A stretch of DNA of 63,618 nucleotides, filler included, from an uncultured Methanosarcinales archaeon (GTDB taxonomy: Archaea > Nanobdellota > Nanobdellia > Woesearchaeales > JACPBV01), in NCBI GenBank assembly GCA_964492935.1. It is 7 parts of 7 records of this genome, joined end to end, with 100 filler letters (N's around TTAATTAATTAA, not from the genome) between each part and the next. Parts side by side here need not be neighbours in the genome. Positions count along the whole stretch, not along the records: positions 23,726 to 32,472 come from CAZBLF010000037.1; positions 32,573 to 41,194 come from CAZBLF010000038.1; 5 more parts are not named here. One strand, 5' to 3'. Below the pieces are notes generated by a model. That model had not been told where the DNA came from, did no database searches, and was given only the letters and a program-made list of their open reading frames with translations. Below, piece by piece: positions 30,248-38,353 of the stretch (position 1 is the stretch's first letter; the number at the start of each line of letters is the position of its first letter). Made by a program: the position numbers and the translations under genes.

Positions 30248-30710
30248 TTGGTTGACGCATGTGGTTATTGCTTTGTTCTTTGCTGAATTATTTAGGATTG
30301 AGAAGAAGAGTTTAGTGGTATTGGGTGCGTTGTTGCCTGATTTCCTTTCTAAATTGCATCTGATTTTCTTTTATCTTGGAATATCAGAATATCTGACGTT
30401 TTCCTTGTTACATACACCCATGATGGTGTTTTTGGTTATTCTTTTGATTGCTCCGTTGTTTAGGTATTCTCAGAAGAAGGTGGTGTTGTGGTTGGGTTTA
30501 GGCGCGGTTACTCACTTCGTGTTTGATGTTACGATGCGGCACTTTGAGGCGGGAATGCATTTGTTGTATCCCTTTACGTTTACTATGTACAGTTTGAACT
30601 GGATCTGGCCGAATGATTCGTTTTATTTGATGGGTGGATCGTTGTTGGCGTATTTCTTATTGTTGTTGTACCGGAATAACGGGAAAGCATTCAGAAACGT
30701 TTTTAAATAG
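30240..30710 (+). CDS. Membrane-bound metal-dependent hydrolase (YdjM-like)
   Basis: MPDWLTH, GALLPD, LHTP, THFVFD, LLYPF. Confidence 0.8.
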   Translation: MPDWLTHVVIALFFAELFRIEKKSLVVLGALLPDFLSKLHLIFFYLGISEYLTFSLLHTPMMVFLVILLIAPLFRYSQKKVVLWLGLGAVTHFVFDVTMRHFEAGMHLLYPFTFTMYSLNWIWPNDSFYLMGGSLLAYFLLLLYRNNGKAFRNVFK

Positions 30711-30729
30711 GGGGTTGTTTCTACGGAGT

Positions 30730-30858
30730 ATGGGTAAAAGCAAACGTTGGGGTGCATACAATACCAAACATCCGGACAACTATGAAGTTAAGGAAATTAA
30801 CTGTATTAGCAATAAGTTTAATCACACGAAGAAATTGAGACTTAAGTTGAAGAAGTGA
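30730..30858 (+). CDS. Small basic protein, candidate divergent ribosomal protein eL40
   Basis: MGKSKRWGAYNTKHPDNYEVKEINCISNKFNHTKKLRLKLKK, with TTTTAAATA about 25 nt upstream. The C-terminal NC-x3-K-x2-HT-x2-LR-x-K-x-K pattern resembles eL40. Confidence 0.45.
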   Translation: MGKSKRWGAYNTKHPDNYEVKEINCISNKFNHTKKLRLKLKK

Positions 30859-30973
30859 TTTCTACGTAATCTTTGAGGAGGAGAAATGCCCCCGCGAGCA
30901 TTGAAGTCGCGCTAAGCGTAGTCGCTTAGGATTCACTGAAGAATGTAGAGGGATGGACAAGCCACCCCTCGAA

Positions 30974-31060
30974 TGCCCCCGCCGAGAATTGAACTCGGGC
31001 TGCAAGATCCGCAATCTTGTGTCTTTTATGGGTTTTACCTATCCACTCGACTACGGGGGC
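30974..31060 (-). tRNA. tRNA-Arg(GCG) with a 15-nt non-canonical D-loop intron; CCA not encoded
   Basis: GCCCCCG/CGGGGGC acceptor, CAAGA-TTGCGGA-TCTTG anticodon arm, CCGAG-TTCAATT-CTCGG T arm. Removing 31026-31040 gives a 72-nt canonical tRNA. Confidence 0.92.
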
Positions 31061-31093
31061 TTAAGGAATTGAATTGTTTAGCTATTTAAAAAG

Positions 31094-31564
31094 CTATTCT
31101 TGAGGAAAAAAGAAATTGAGATGTTCTTTGTAGTCTCTGAAGGTATGGGGGAATGTTTGTGGCTTTCCATTAATGACTTCGATGACGGTGTGGGCGTAGA
31201 TGTCCTTTGCAATTTCTTCCTTTACTTGGTTTCTTGGTTTGAATGATGCTAGGGTTAGTTCTGAGGCAGTCAGATAGCCGGGATCGATGTTGATGGTACG
31301 TTTGTTGTTTTTGGTGAATAGTGCTTCTATTGCTGTTATTTCGTGTTTGATGGTGGCTAGTTGGTCGGTTTGTATCTCTTTTTGGAAGATAATGAACTGC
31401 TTTTTTAGGTTGGTTCCGAACTCTTCTTCGTAGTATTGTGTGTAGTCAAAGTTATAGGGTGTGTTTTCTTTTTGTATTGGGCCGTATTTGGTGGTGAGTT
31501 CTTGTTTGCACTGGTTTAGCGTCTCTTCTTGTGCATACATGATTGCCATGATAAGCTTAGTCAT
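31094..31564 (-). CDS. DUF4416-family protein
   Basis: FDYTQYYEEEFG, RTINIDPGYL, LASFK, FPHTFRDY. Confidence 0.8.
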   Translation of the reverse strand: MTKLIMAIMYAQEETLNQCKQELTTKYGPIQKENTPYNFDYTQYYEEEFGTNLKKQFIIFQKEIQTDQLATIKHEITAIEALFTKNNKRTINIDPGYLTASELTLASFKPRNQVKEEIAKDIYAHTVIEVINGKPQTFPHTFRDYKEHLNFFFPQE

Positions 31565-31618
31565 GGACTTAGAATGCTGTGGATGTTTATATGGTTACCC
31601 TTTCAAAGAATTCTTATT

Positions 31619-32472
31619 TTATTCGTTTGGAATTGTAGTTGTACCATTGTCGATAGGAGGCGCTGGGATGCAGGCTCCGTCTGCACAGCCGTTTTCGCAT
31701 CTATAAAAACCCCTTTCAACCATACCATTCTCTACACACGAAAATTCAGCGATCTCGCAAGTAGAATCAGAACCTGTACAAGAATCAACTACTTCAATGA
31801 ATCCTTTTGGTGATGAACCGCACCAATCTGTTTTGGGTTCTTTGTAATTGCAATCACTGCCAGTACACACAGTAGTACCTTGCACAGAGATATTATTACC
31901 ACCATCAGAATCGGTGCAAGTTGATTCTTTAGCAATACATTCTTCGAGTATGATTGCATTTCCTTGCTGAGTCATACACACCGTATCACTTGTTATCTCA
32001 TAGTCTTCTATATCTGTGAGCACTTCTGCTGCAATTCTAGTATCTACTTCCTCATTTCCTGCAACTAAGATTTGTAATTGACTATTATTTGTCATTCCTT
32101 TAAGCATACCTTCTCCTGCAGGTATGGCGAGATTGCAGGGATCAGGATTACCTAATAACACTGCAGTAATTGCGTTATTGCATGGACTTCCTATACTGAT
32201 TACTTTTTGAGCATACGGATCTGCAACCTCAGAGGCCAATTTTATTGGAGCTAACAGGACATTGTATCCTCGGTCAGCAAGATTTTCTACGATGGACTGA
32301 GCTGCTACGATATCTCCTGAGGGTGCGGCGTCGCCGACAACAATGATTGCATTAAGAGTTTCATCCTGATTCATTATGTTCTGAGGGTATTTTTCTAATA
32401 CCAGCTCCTTAGCCAGAGGATACTTTTCGAGATAGGCATCTAATACTATAGATTCTTCTCCTGACCCATAGA
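31619..32472 (-). CDS. S-layer-domain protein with a CTDSDGG Cys-rich module (5' truncated)
   Basis: IVVGDAAPSGDIVAA, ISIGSPCNNA and VAG...TRIAA S-layer-like motifs. The frame is open to the contig edge. Confidence 0.7.
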
Positions 32473-32574
32473 NNNNNNNNNNNNNNNNNNNNNNNNNNNN
32501 NNNNNNNNNNNNNNNNTTAATTAATTAANNNNNNNNNNNNNNNNNNNNNNNNNNNNNNNNNNNNNNNNNNNNTC

Positions 32575-32883
32575 ATCTCAGAAGCCGGAGCAAGCATCGC
32601 ACTCAAAGTAAATGCCTATAATCCTACACAAAATGACTACACGGACGCGGAACCCGATATACGGTGTAAAGAAAGTGACGCAGCAAGTACCGATATCCCC
32701 ATAACCGAGACCGCAACCCCTCGAGATATTGAAGTTGCAGAAACCGGAGCGTTCACCGTACTCGTTACAGTACCGGACAAGGATACCGGAAGCTATCTCT
32801 GTCAAGTTGTCCTAAAAGGAAAAGACGCCCTCGGGGCAGATGCTGACTTCCTACAAAAGGATATCACTCTAAGAATACAATGA
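32575..32883 (+). CDS. C-terminal Ig-like beta domain fragment (5' truncated), possibly pilin-associated
   Basis: Manual translation: ...ALKVNAYNPT...FTVLVTVPDKDTGSYLCQVVL...KDITLRIQ*. The pattern resembles the C-terminus of 33679-34365. Overlaps the next ATG. Confidence 0.6.
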   Translation: MSEAGASIALKVNAYNPTQNDYTDAEPDIRCKESDAASTDIPITETATPRDIEVAETGAFTVLVTVPDKDTGSYLCQVVLKGKDALGADADFLQKDITLRIQ

Positions 32884-33095
32884 AAAAGCGCCTATCGCCT
32901 AGCGAAGAATTCGATATTATGAAACTGGTGCTAGATAAGTTTCTCTGGCTAGGCACCGCAATCATGGCGTTTGGTGTATATAAAATCTTCACCGGCCACA
33001 ACTTCCAAACCGGAATAACACTCATCGTCTCAGGAGCAATTGTATTGTTACTTTTCCTGCTGCTTATTGTAAAAGAATATGAAATTGTGAAGTAG
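32880..33095 (+). CDS. Small two-TM hypothetical protein
   Basis: 71 aa with two hydrophobic helices, in an operon-like arrangement. Confidence 0.75.
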   Translation: MKKRLSPSEEFDIMKLVLDKFLWLGTAIMAFGVYKIFTGHNFQTGITLIVSGAIVLLLFLLLIVKEYEIVK

Positions 33096-33099
33096 TACC

Positions 33100-33666
33100 A
33101 TGGACGCTCCCGTCATGGAACTGAAGCCAGACGTAAAGAAGGCAATCACAAGCAAAATCATCCTCGTTCTCGCATTTATTGCACTCATTGTAGGGATGGG
33201 CTTCTATCTCAACAGTATTGTCGGTGTCGGCGTCTTTCTCACCGTGTTCTCCGAACTAGGCATAGAAATCAACGGAGCATCAGTAGTATATGTCCTCGCT
33301 GCAATCACCGCACTCATCGTGGTCATCATGCTCGTCAAGAGCTATGTTAACCTCCATAATGTCGCCTACACCTTGTATGCCGATAAATTAGTCTACACCC
33401 CTCCCGCCGCAGCCTTAATGCATAAAGAACCCATCCAATACCCCTATTCCAGCATCTCCGGCATCACCTTCAAAAAACAAGGTGCAATGAAACCCGATCT
33501 CATCCAAATAGCACTAACCGGACAAAAAGAAAGTTACTTAAACATCCCTTACATAGATAACCCTACCGAGGCCATGGCGAATATGCAACGTCTTATGGAT
33601 CAATGGCGTGCCCAATATTACGCCGAATTCGGCCACCAATACCGCATGCAGAACATCATGGGCTGA
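33100..33666 (+). CDS. Membrane protein with a probable bacterial PH-like domain
   Basis: Two TM segments, then YTLYADKLVY..IQYPYSSISGITF..IPYIDNP. Confidence 0.6.
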   Translation: MDAPVMELKPDVKKAITSKIILVLAFIALIVGMGFYLNSIVGVGVFLTVFSELGIEINGASVVYVLAAITALIVVIMLVKSYVNLHNVAYTLYADKLVYTPPAAALMHKEPIQYPYSSISGITFKKQGAMKPDLIQIALTGQKESYLNIPYIDNPTEAMANMQRLMDQWRAQYYAEFGHQYRMQNIMG

Positions 33667-33678
33667 TACTCACGAAGA

Positions 33679-34365
33679 ATGCGACTACACCAAATGAAAC
33701 TCAACAAAAAGGCAGCAATTGAATTATCGGTCAACTTTCTAGTAATGCTAATCATCACCCTAGTCATTTTCGGCTCATCCATGGTCATGGTCAAGAAGTT
33801 CTTTGGTGGCGCAACAGATATCAAGCGTGTCTATGACGAACGCACCGAACAAGAAATCGAAAGACTGCTAGATGACGGATCGAGAGTAGCAATCCCCTTC
33901 GACAAGAAGAAAATAGCCAATGGTGAGTTCGCAACCTTCGGAATGGGGGTGTTAAATGTCCTGGGAAAGGACCAACAGAACGATTTCCGTATCCAAATCA
34001 AGTTCAATAAAGCATTTCACAAGGACAATACTCCAATTTGTGATTCCAGCAGCATTGCAAGTCAAGCAACCTGTCAATCTCCCAATATGTGGCTCTCGTC
34101 TAGCAACACTCCTGACTCAAATCAAAATACCATCGGTCTAGTCATGCAAAAGACCATTAAAAACAACGAACAACAAAAGTTCCTCATGGGAGTAGAAGTA
34201 GATCCTGGCACCGAACCCGGCACCTACATCTTCGACATGAATGTCTGCTTCAAAGAAACCATCGGCACCTCCGCACTACCCAAAGACAGCACAAGATGTC
34301 CAGATGTAGCAGGATTTCCCATTCCATACGAACGTGTAAAGAAACTCTACGTAGAAGTTATCTAA
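33679..34365 (+). CDS. Class III signal peptide (pilin-like) protein
   Basis: NKKA-AIELSVNFLVMLIITLVIFG prepilin-type cleavage motif, followed by an Ig-like C-terminal domain. Confidence 0.75.
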   Translation: MRLHQMKLNKKAAIELSVNFLVMLIITLVIFGSSMVMVKKFFGGATDIKRVYDERTEQEIERLLDDGSRVAIPFDKKKIANGEFATFGMGVLNVLGKDQQNDFRIQIKFNKAFHKDNTPICDSSSIASQATCQSPNMWLSSSNTPDSNQNTIGLVMQKTIKNNEQQKFLMGVEVDPGTEPGTYIFDMNVCFKETIGTSALPKDSTRCPDVAGFPIPYERVKKLYVEVI

Positions 34366-34775
34366 AACCGACTTTTAATCAATTTACGAGTACCGGTAAC
34401 CATACTTTTCAAGTACGTTAAGCTACCCTCTTTCTCTAATACCGTATCAGGCTTACCCGTATCCGGACAGAACACATACAATTCAGCATAATCCTGAATC
34501 GCCTGGTTAATACGACTAGCAGGCACTTTAGCACCCACCAACAAACTACCCGATTTCTTCAATTCACCGGGTGTAGCAATAGCACGAGAAACATATTTCA
34601 GCACATGTTGCGCCTCACGATGCAAAGCATCACAAATCTGCAAGAAATTATTAATAACGGTTTTATTACCCTGAATATGACCCTTAACCTTAGGAATCAC
34701 AAACCGCTCTTTCTCAAAAACAGATTCCGGCAACTCCTTACGTGCCTTCGCGAGTAACTCTTTGTAATCAACCAT
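34362..34775 (-). CDS. eif2b: Translation initiation factor 2 subunit beta
   Basis: DYKELLAKA, ERFVIP, GNKTVINNF, YVFCPDTGKPDT. Confidence 0.92.
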   Translation of the reverse strand: MVDYKELLAKARKELPESVFEKERFVIPKVKGHIQGNKTVINNFLQICDALHREAQHVLKYVSRAIATPGELKKSGSLLVGAKVPASRINQAIQDYAELYVFCPDTGKPDTVLEKEGSLTYLKSMVTGTRKLIKSRF

Positions 34776-34810
34776 TAGAGTGAGAATAAGACCCTTCTTT
34801 TTAAAACTAA

Positions 34811-35086
34811 CTATTGAGCACCAAATCTACCAAAGAACGTATCAACGATAGCCTGTAATCCACCCGGATTCATCAACAAATACAACGCACCGCCCACAAT
34901 CAGCAACAGTAACAAAATCTTAAGAAACATTCCAAAACTAAATTTCTTTCCCGAAGGTGCCATCTGAGGTGCAGCCGGTTGAGGGGTAGGTTGGGGAGCT
35001 GCCTGCTCTGCAGCTTCCGGTGCTACATGAGAAGCTTCTGAAGAAGCTGGCTGAGAAGCCTGTCCCGAAGAGCCAGAATCACGCAT
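34811..35086 (-). CDS. Small Ala/Pro-rich protein with a C-terminal TM helix
   Basis: ATG overlaps the tpiA 3' end. Low-complexity N-terminus, then one TM segment. Confidence 0.6.
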   Translation of the reverse strand: MRDSGSSGQASQPASSEASHVAPEAAEQAAPQPTPQPAAPQMAPSGKKFSFGMFLKILLLLLIVGGALYLLMNPGGLQAIVDTFFGRFGAQ

Positions 35087-35825
35087 CTGCAACAATACTG
35101 CTAAACTGTTCAGCATCTAAACTCGCACCTCCAATTAAAGCTCCATCAATGTTCTTCTGATCAAATAATTCCTTGCAATTGGCAGCTTTAACACTACCTC
35201 CATACAAAATAGAGACAGAGTCAGCAACACCCTTGTCATATAACGAACTAACAATCTTTCGAATACTAGCATGTGCATCATCCGCTTGCGAAGGACTAGC
35301 CGTCTTGCCGGTACCAATCGCCCACACCGGCTCATATGCAATAACAACCTTCTTCATCTGCGCCTTCGTTATCGATTTCAAACCCGCAACCAATTGAGCC
35401 TTTAAAACCGCATCCACCTTACCAGCATTCCTCTCATCGGCAGTCTCGCCAACACACAATATCGGTATCAAACCACCCGAAAGAGCAGCAGTAACCTTCA
35501 TATTAATCATCTCATCACTTTCACCAAACACATGACGTCTCTCAGAGTGACCCAAAATAACATACGAGCACCCCACATCCTGTAGCTGCGAAACATTAAC
35601 CTCGCCCGTAAACGCACCCTTCAACTCGAAATGCACATTCTGAGCTCCTAGAAAGAAGCGCGCCGGCAACACAGCAGAAACCGCCGGTAACAACGTAAAA
35701 GAAGGAATCAATACAACAGTAACTTTCTTACTCTCAATCGAATTATCCAAAACCTTGACCAACGTCAAAGCATCCCGAGAAGTCAAGTTCATCTTCCAAT
35801 TAGCTGCAACAATTCGCTTACGCAT
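35079..35825 (-). CDS. tpiA: Triosephosphate isomerase, bacterial-type
   Basis: ANWKMN, GAFTGE, GHSERR, AYEPVWAIGTG, LYGGSV, GALIGGAS. 248 aa. Confidence 0.96.
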   Translation of the reverse strand: MRKRIVAANWKMNLTSRDALTLVKVLDNSIESKKVTVVLIPSFTLLPAVSAVLPARFFLGAQNVHFELKGAFTGEVNVSQLQDVGCSYVILGHSERRHVFGESDEMINMKVTAALSGGLIPILCVGETADERNAGKVDAVLKAQLVAGLKSITKAQMKKVVIAYEPVWAIGTGKTASPSQADDAHASIRKIVSSLYDKGVADSVSILYGGSVKAANCKELFDQKNIDGALIGGASLDAEQFSSIVADA

Positions 35826-35896
35826 AACAAGTTAAAGCAAATACCACTATAAATAGTTTTCTTAAACGACTATGTGCATTGCACCATAGTCCGCTC

Positions 35897-36229
35897 TTAA
35901 CCAGCAAACAGACTCACTGCCAACAGCGTCAGAATAAAAGCAATCACATACTGCAAAATCCACACTAAAATAGCCTTTCCCGTGGTCAATTTAAAAGCAA
36001 CCCGATACACCAGAGACGTAGCCAGCAACGAAGCAATACTCGCATACAAGCCCAAATACGTCAATGCAGCCAGCGAAAAGGCCGACAACAAAATACTCAG
36101 CAAGATAACTTTCATCAAACTAGCCTCGCCACCCACCAATTTAACGGCAAAATACAACGGCAACAAAGAAATCACCAAGGCTCCGCCCAAGAACAACAAA
36201 TTCCCTGTCAACAAATCTATTCCAACCAT
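35897..36229 (-). CDS. Small four-TM membrane protein
   Basis: 110 aa, almost entirely hydrophobic. Confidence 0.7.
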   Translation of the reverse strand: MVGIDLLTGNLLFLGGALVISLLPLYFAVKLVGGEASLMKVILLSILLSAFSLAALTYLGLYASIASLLATSLVYRVAFKLTTGKAILVWILQYVIAFILTLLAVSLFAG

Positions 36230-36876
36230 TTTTTCTCCAGAGCTAATAACACTCCACCTAATACTATAAAAAAGTTTGCACCCAGCAAAAACGTCTTCAT
36301 AATAGCAGTCCCCATATCAACAAAAAACGTCTGAGGATACAGTAAGATCAGATTACTAGACGAAGAAAACTGCCATGTCCCATCAGCAAAAAATAACCCA
36401 TGGAAAGCCGTAAACAATCCATCAAACCAAAACACAATCCCCGAAATAACCAAGAGCGCAAAAACCAAGTTAATAACGCCAGCATACAACAACAGCCGCC
36501 GAAGAACAACCAATCTATGAACACCAAACACCCAATACCCAGAAAAAAGCACCAAGAAGAACACAACACCACTCAACATAAACATTATCCGACCCACCGA
36601 AACAACAGCACGAACATCAGAAAGATGACTCACCTCGTCAGCAGTAAACACATCAACCAATAACTCATCTCCAGAACCAGAAACATACGCAACAACCGCA
36701 TCATTCACCAACGAAGCTGAAAATGCAGTCTTTTCCTCAACCGAATACTGAGCAAAATCATAATGCGCATCAGAAAAAGCATTCCCAAAAAAGCTAACAC
36801 CCAAAAGCAAAAAGAACGACGAAACAACAAACAACACACCAAGTAACCAACCAATCTTCATAAGAACAAGAATCAC
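36217..36876 (-). CDS. DUF1461 / TIGR01906-like integral membrane protein
   Basis: EVSHLSDVR, FDGLFTAFHGLFF..WQF, LILLYPQTFF. Confidence 0.8.
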   Translation of the reverse strand: MILVLMKIGWLLGVLFVVSSFFLLLGVSFFGNAFSDAHYDFAQYSVEEKTAFSASLVNDAVVAYVSGSGDELLVDVFTADEVSHLSDVRAVVSVGRIMFMLSGVVFFLVLFSGYWVFGVHRLVVLRRLLLYAGVINLVFALLVISGIVFWFDGLFTAFHGLFFADGTWQFSSSSNLILLYPQTFFVDMGTAIMKTFLLGANFFIVLGGVLLALEKKWLE

Positions 36877-36975
36877 TAACTACTTTTATTCTTTGCTAGA
36901 GTAAGCTAAAGATATTGCCGACGCCCATCGAGGTGAATGAGTTTGAAAAACTCATAAGTTCACCGTGCCTCGGCA

Positions 36976-37467
36976 TTATTGTATCCGCTTACTCTCAGAA
37001 TCAATAACAACTCTACGCTTCTTAAATTTCCGTTTAATAATAATTTCCTCGACCTCAACTTCCTCGATATCCATCAACACCTGCTGCTGAGCTCGCAAAA
37101 TCTCATTAACAATTTCGGTAGGCGGATGCTTCACAACAATTTCCTCCGGCTCAATCCGACCAGCACGTAACGAAGGCGAACTCGAACCCGGATCCGGCAT
37201 ACTTTCACGCGGAGTATACAATTCCAACGGCGCTCCACGAACAACCTCATCCATCTCCCGAGCGCCCTTATCATAGCCAATCTCCACCTTACTATAAACC
37301 ACCTCAGAGAACGACTCAAAATGTGAAAGTGAATAAAATCCGTGTGCATAACCTGGCAAATCAGCATTCGTATCGCTCCGTTGCGAAGCCCCTGCATCAC
37401 CGTGCTTCCCAACCTCATAACTACCTAAAATCTGCTCTCCAATAGAATAATGTCCCATGTGTCCCAT
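36976..37467 (-). CDS. Hypothetical protein
   Basis: 163-aa ORF starting immediately after the upstream gene's stop. Confidence 0.6.
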   Translation of the reverse strand: MGHMGHYSIGEQILGSYEVGKHGDAGASQRSDTNADLPGYAHGFYSLSHFESFSEVVYSKVEIGYDKGAREMDEVVRGAPLELYTPRESMPDPGSSSPSLRAGRIEPEEIVVKHPPTEIVNEILRAQQQVLMDIEEVEVEEIIIKRKFKKRRVVIDSESKRIQ

Positions 37468-37468
37468 C

Positions 37469-37879
37469 TTAGTCTAGGTGCAAGACCTCTTTTTCATCTT
37501 TAATCGCCTTGTTAATAGCATCTTCAATCGACTTTTTAGCATTTTTCTTTTCCTGTTTAGACTCAACCTGCTGCCCCTCCTGAAACACCTCGCTGGCAGC
37601 ATTGGCAACAACATCCCCTTCCTCTTCACTTTTCTCATACTTCGGATCGTCCTCAGAAAACCCTAAACTCTCCTCAATCGTCTCCGAATCATCATCCTGC
37701 TGCTTCAAATCCTCATTTTGCTCGCCAGAATCATACAACTCTCCCGGTTTCGAAGAATACACGTCATCACTACCGTCCTTGGTATGATAATCCAACGGAT
37801 TATCTTCCCCGCCCCGATGATAACTCTTATCATCTTCGTCCATGCCTAAGGGATCATGTGCTTGGTATGTCATAGTCAA
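37469..37879 (-). CDS. Acidic, probably disordered hypothetical protein
   Basis: D/E-rich 136-aa ORF with a TATA box upstream. Confidence 0.65.
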   Translation of the reverse strand: MTMTYQAHDPLGMDEDDKSYHRGGEDNPLDYHTKDGSDDVYSSKPGELYDSGEQNEDLKQQDDDSETIEESLGFSEDDPKYEKSEEEGDVVANAASEVFQEGQQVESKQEKKNAKKSIEDAINKAIKDEKEVLHLD

Positions 37880-37911
37880 TCAAGTGTTAAACTCATATAT
37901 AATAATTGGGT

Positions 37912-38277
37912 TTACAACAGCCCAAAGTAACCATTAAAATCTCCCTGACTAAATTCTGGAGTAAATCTCGGAATAGAGGGCTCATAAATCATTTCCACCC
38001 CATCCATAATCGCAATAATATCATACTGGGGCCCAGCTAGTCTATGTGCCTCCTCCAAAACATCCACTCCAGGATTAACAGAAAAGACTACCTCTCCTCG
38101 TCTAATAATTCGAGAGTCATAGCTTCTCCTAGGCTCAGAAACCTTTACATTTAGATCCTTAGCGGTATCAAGAGCAGCCACTTCAGAGCTACCCCTAGCT
38201 AATTGAGCTTTAAGCGATTCGACCGCACTTTTTTGAGCTACAGATGTACTCATAAAATTAGAAAGTCCGAAATCCAT
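37912..38277 (-). CDS. Hypothetical protein
   Basis: 121-aa ORF with no recognised motif. Confidence 0.55.
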   Translation of the reverse strand: MDFGLSNFMSTSVAQKSAVESLKAQLARGSSEVAALDTAKDLNVKVSEPRRSYDSRIIRRGEVVFSVNPGVDVLEEAHRLAGPQYDIIAIMDGVEMIYEPSIPRFTPEFSQGDFNGYFGLL

Positions 38278-38353
38278 TTATAAACGTTACTAAACGAAGT
38301 TTGGTAATGGTTTGAAAATTTGCTCAATTTTCAAAAGATACCTGAGAATACGC

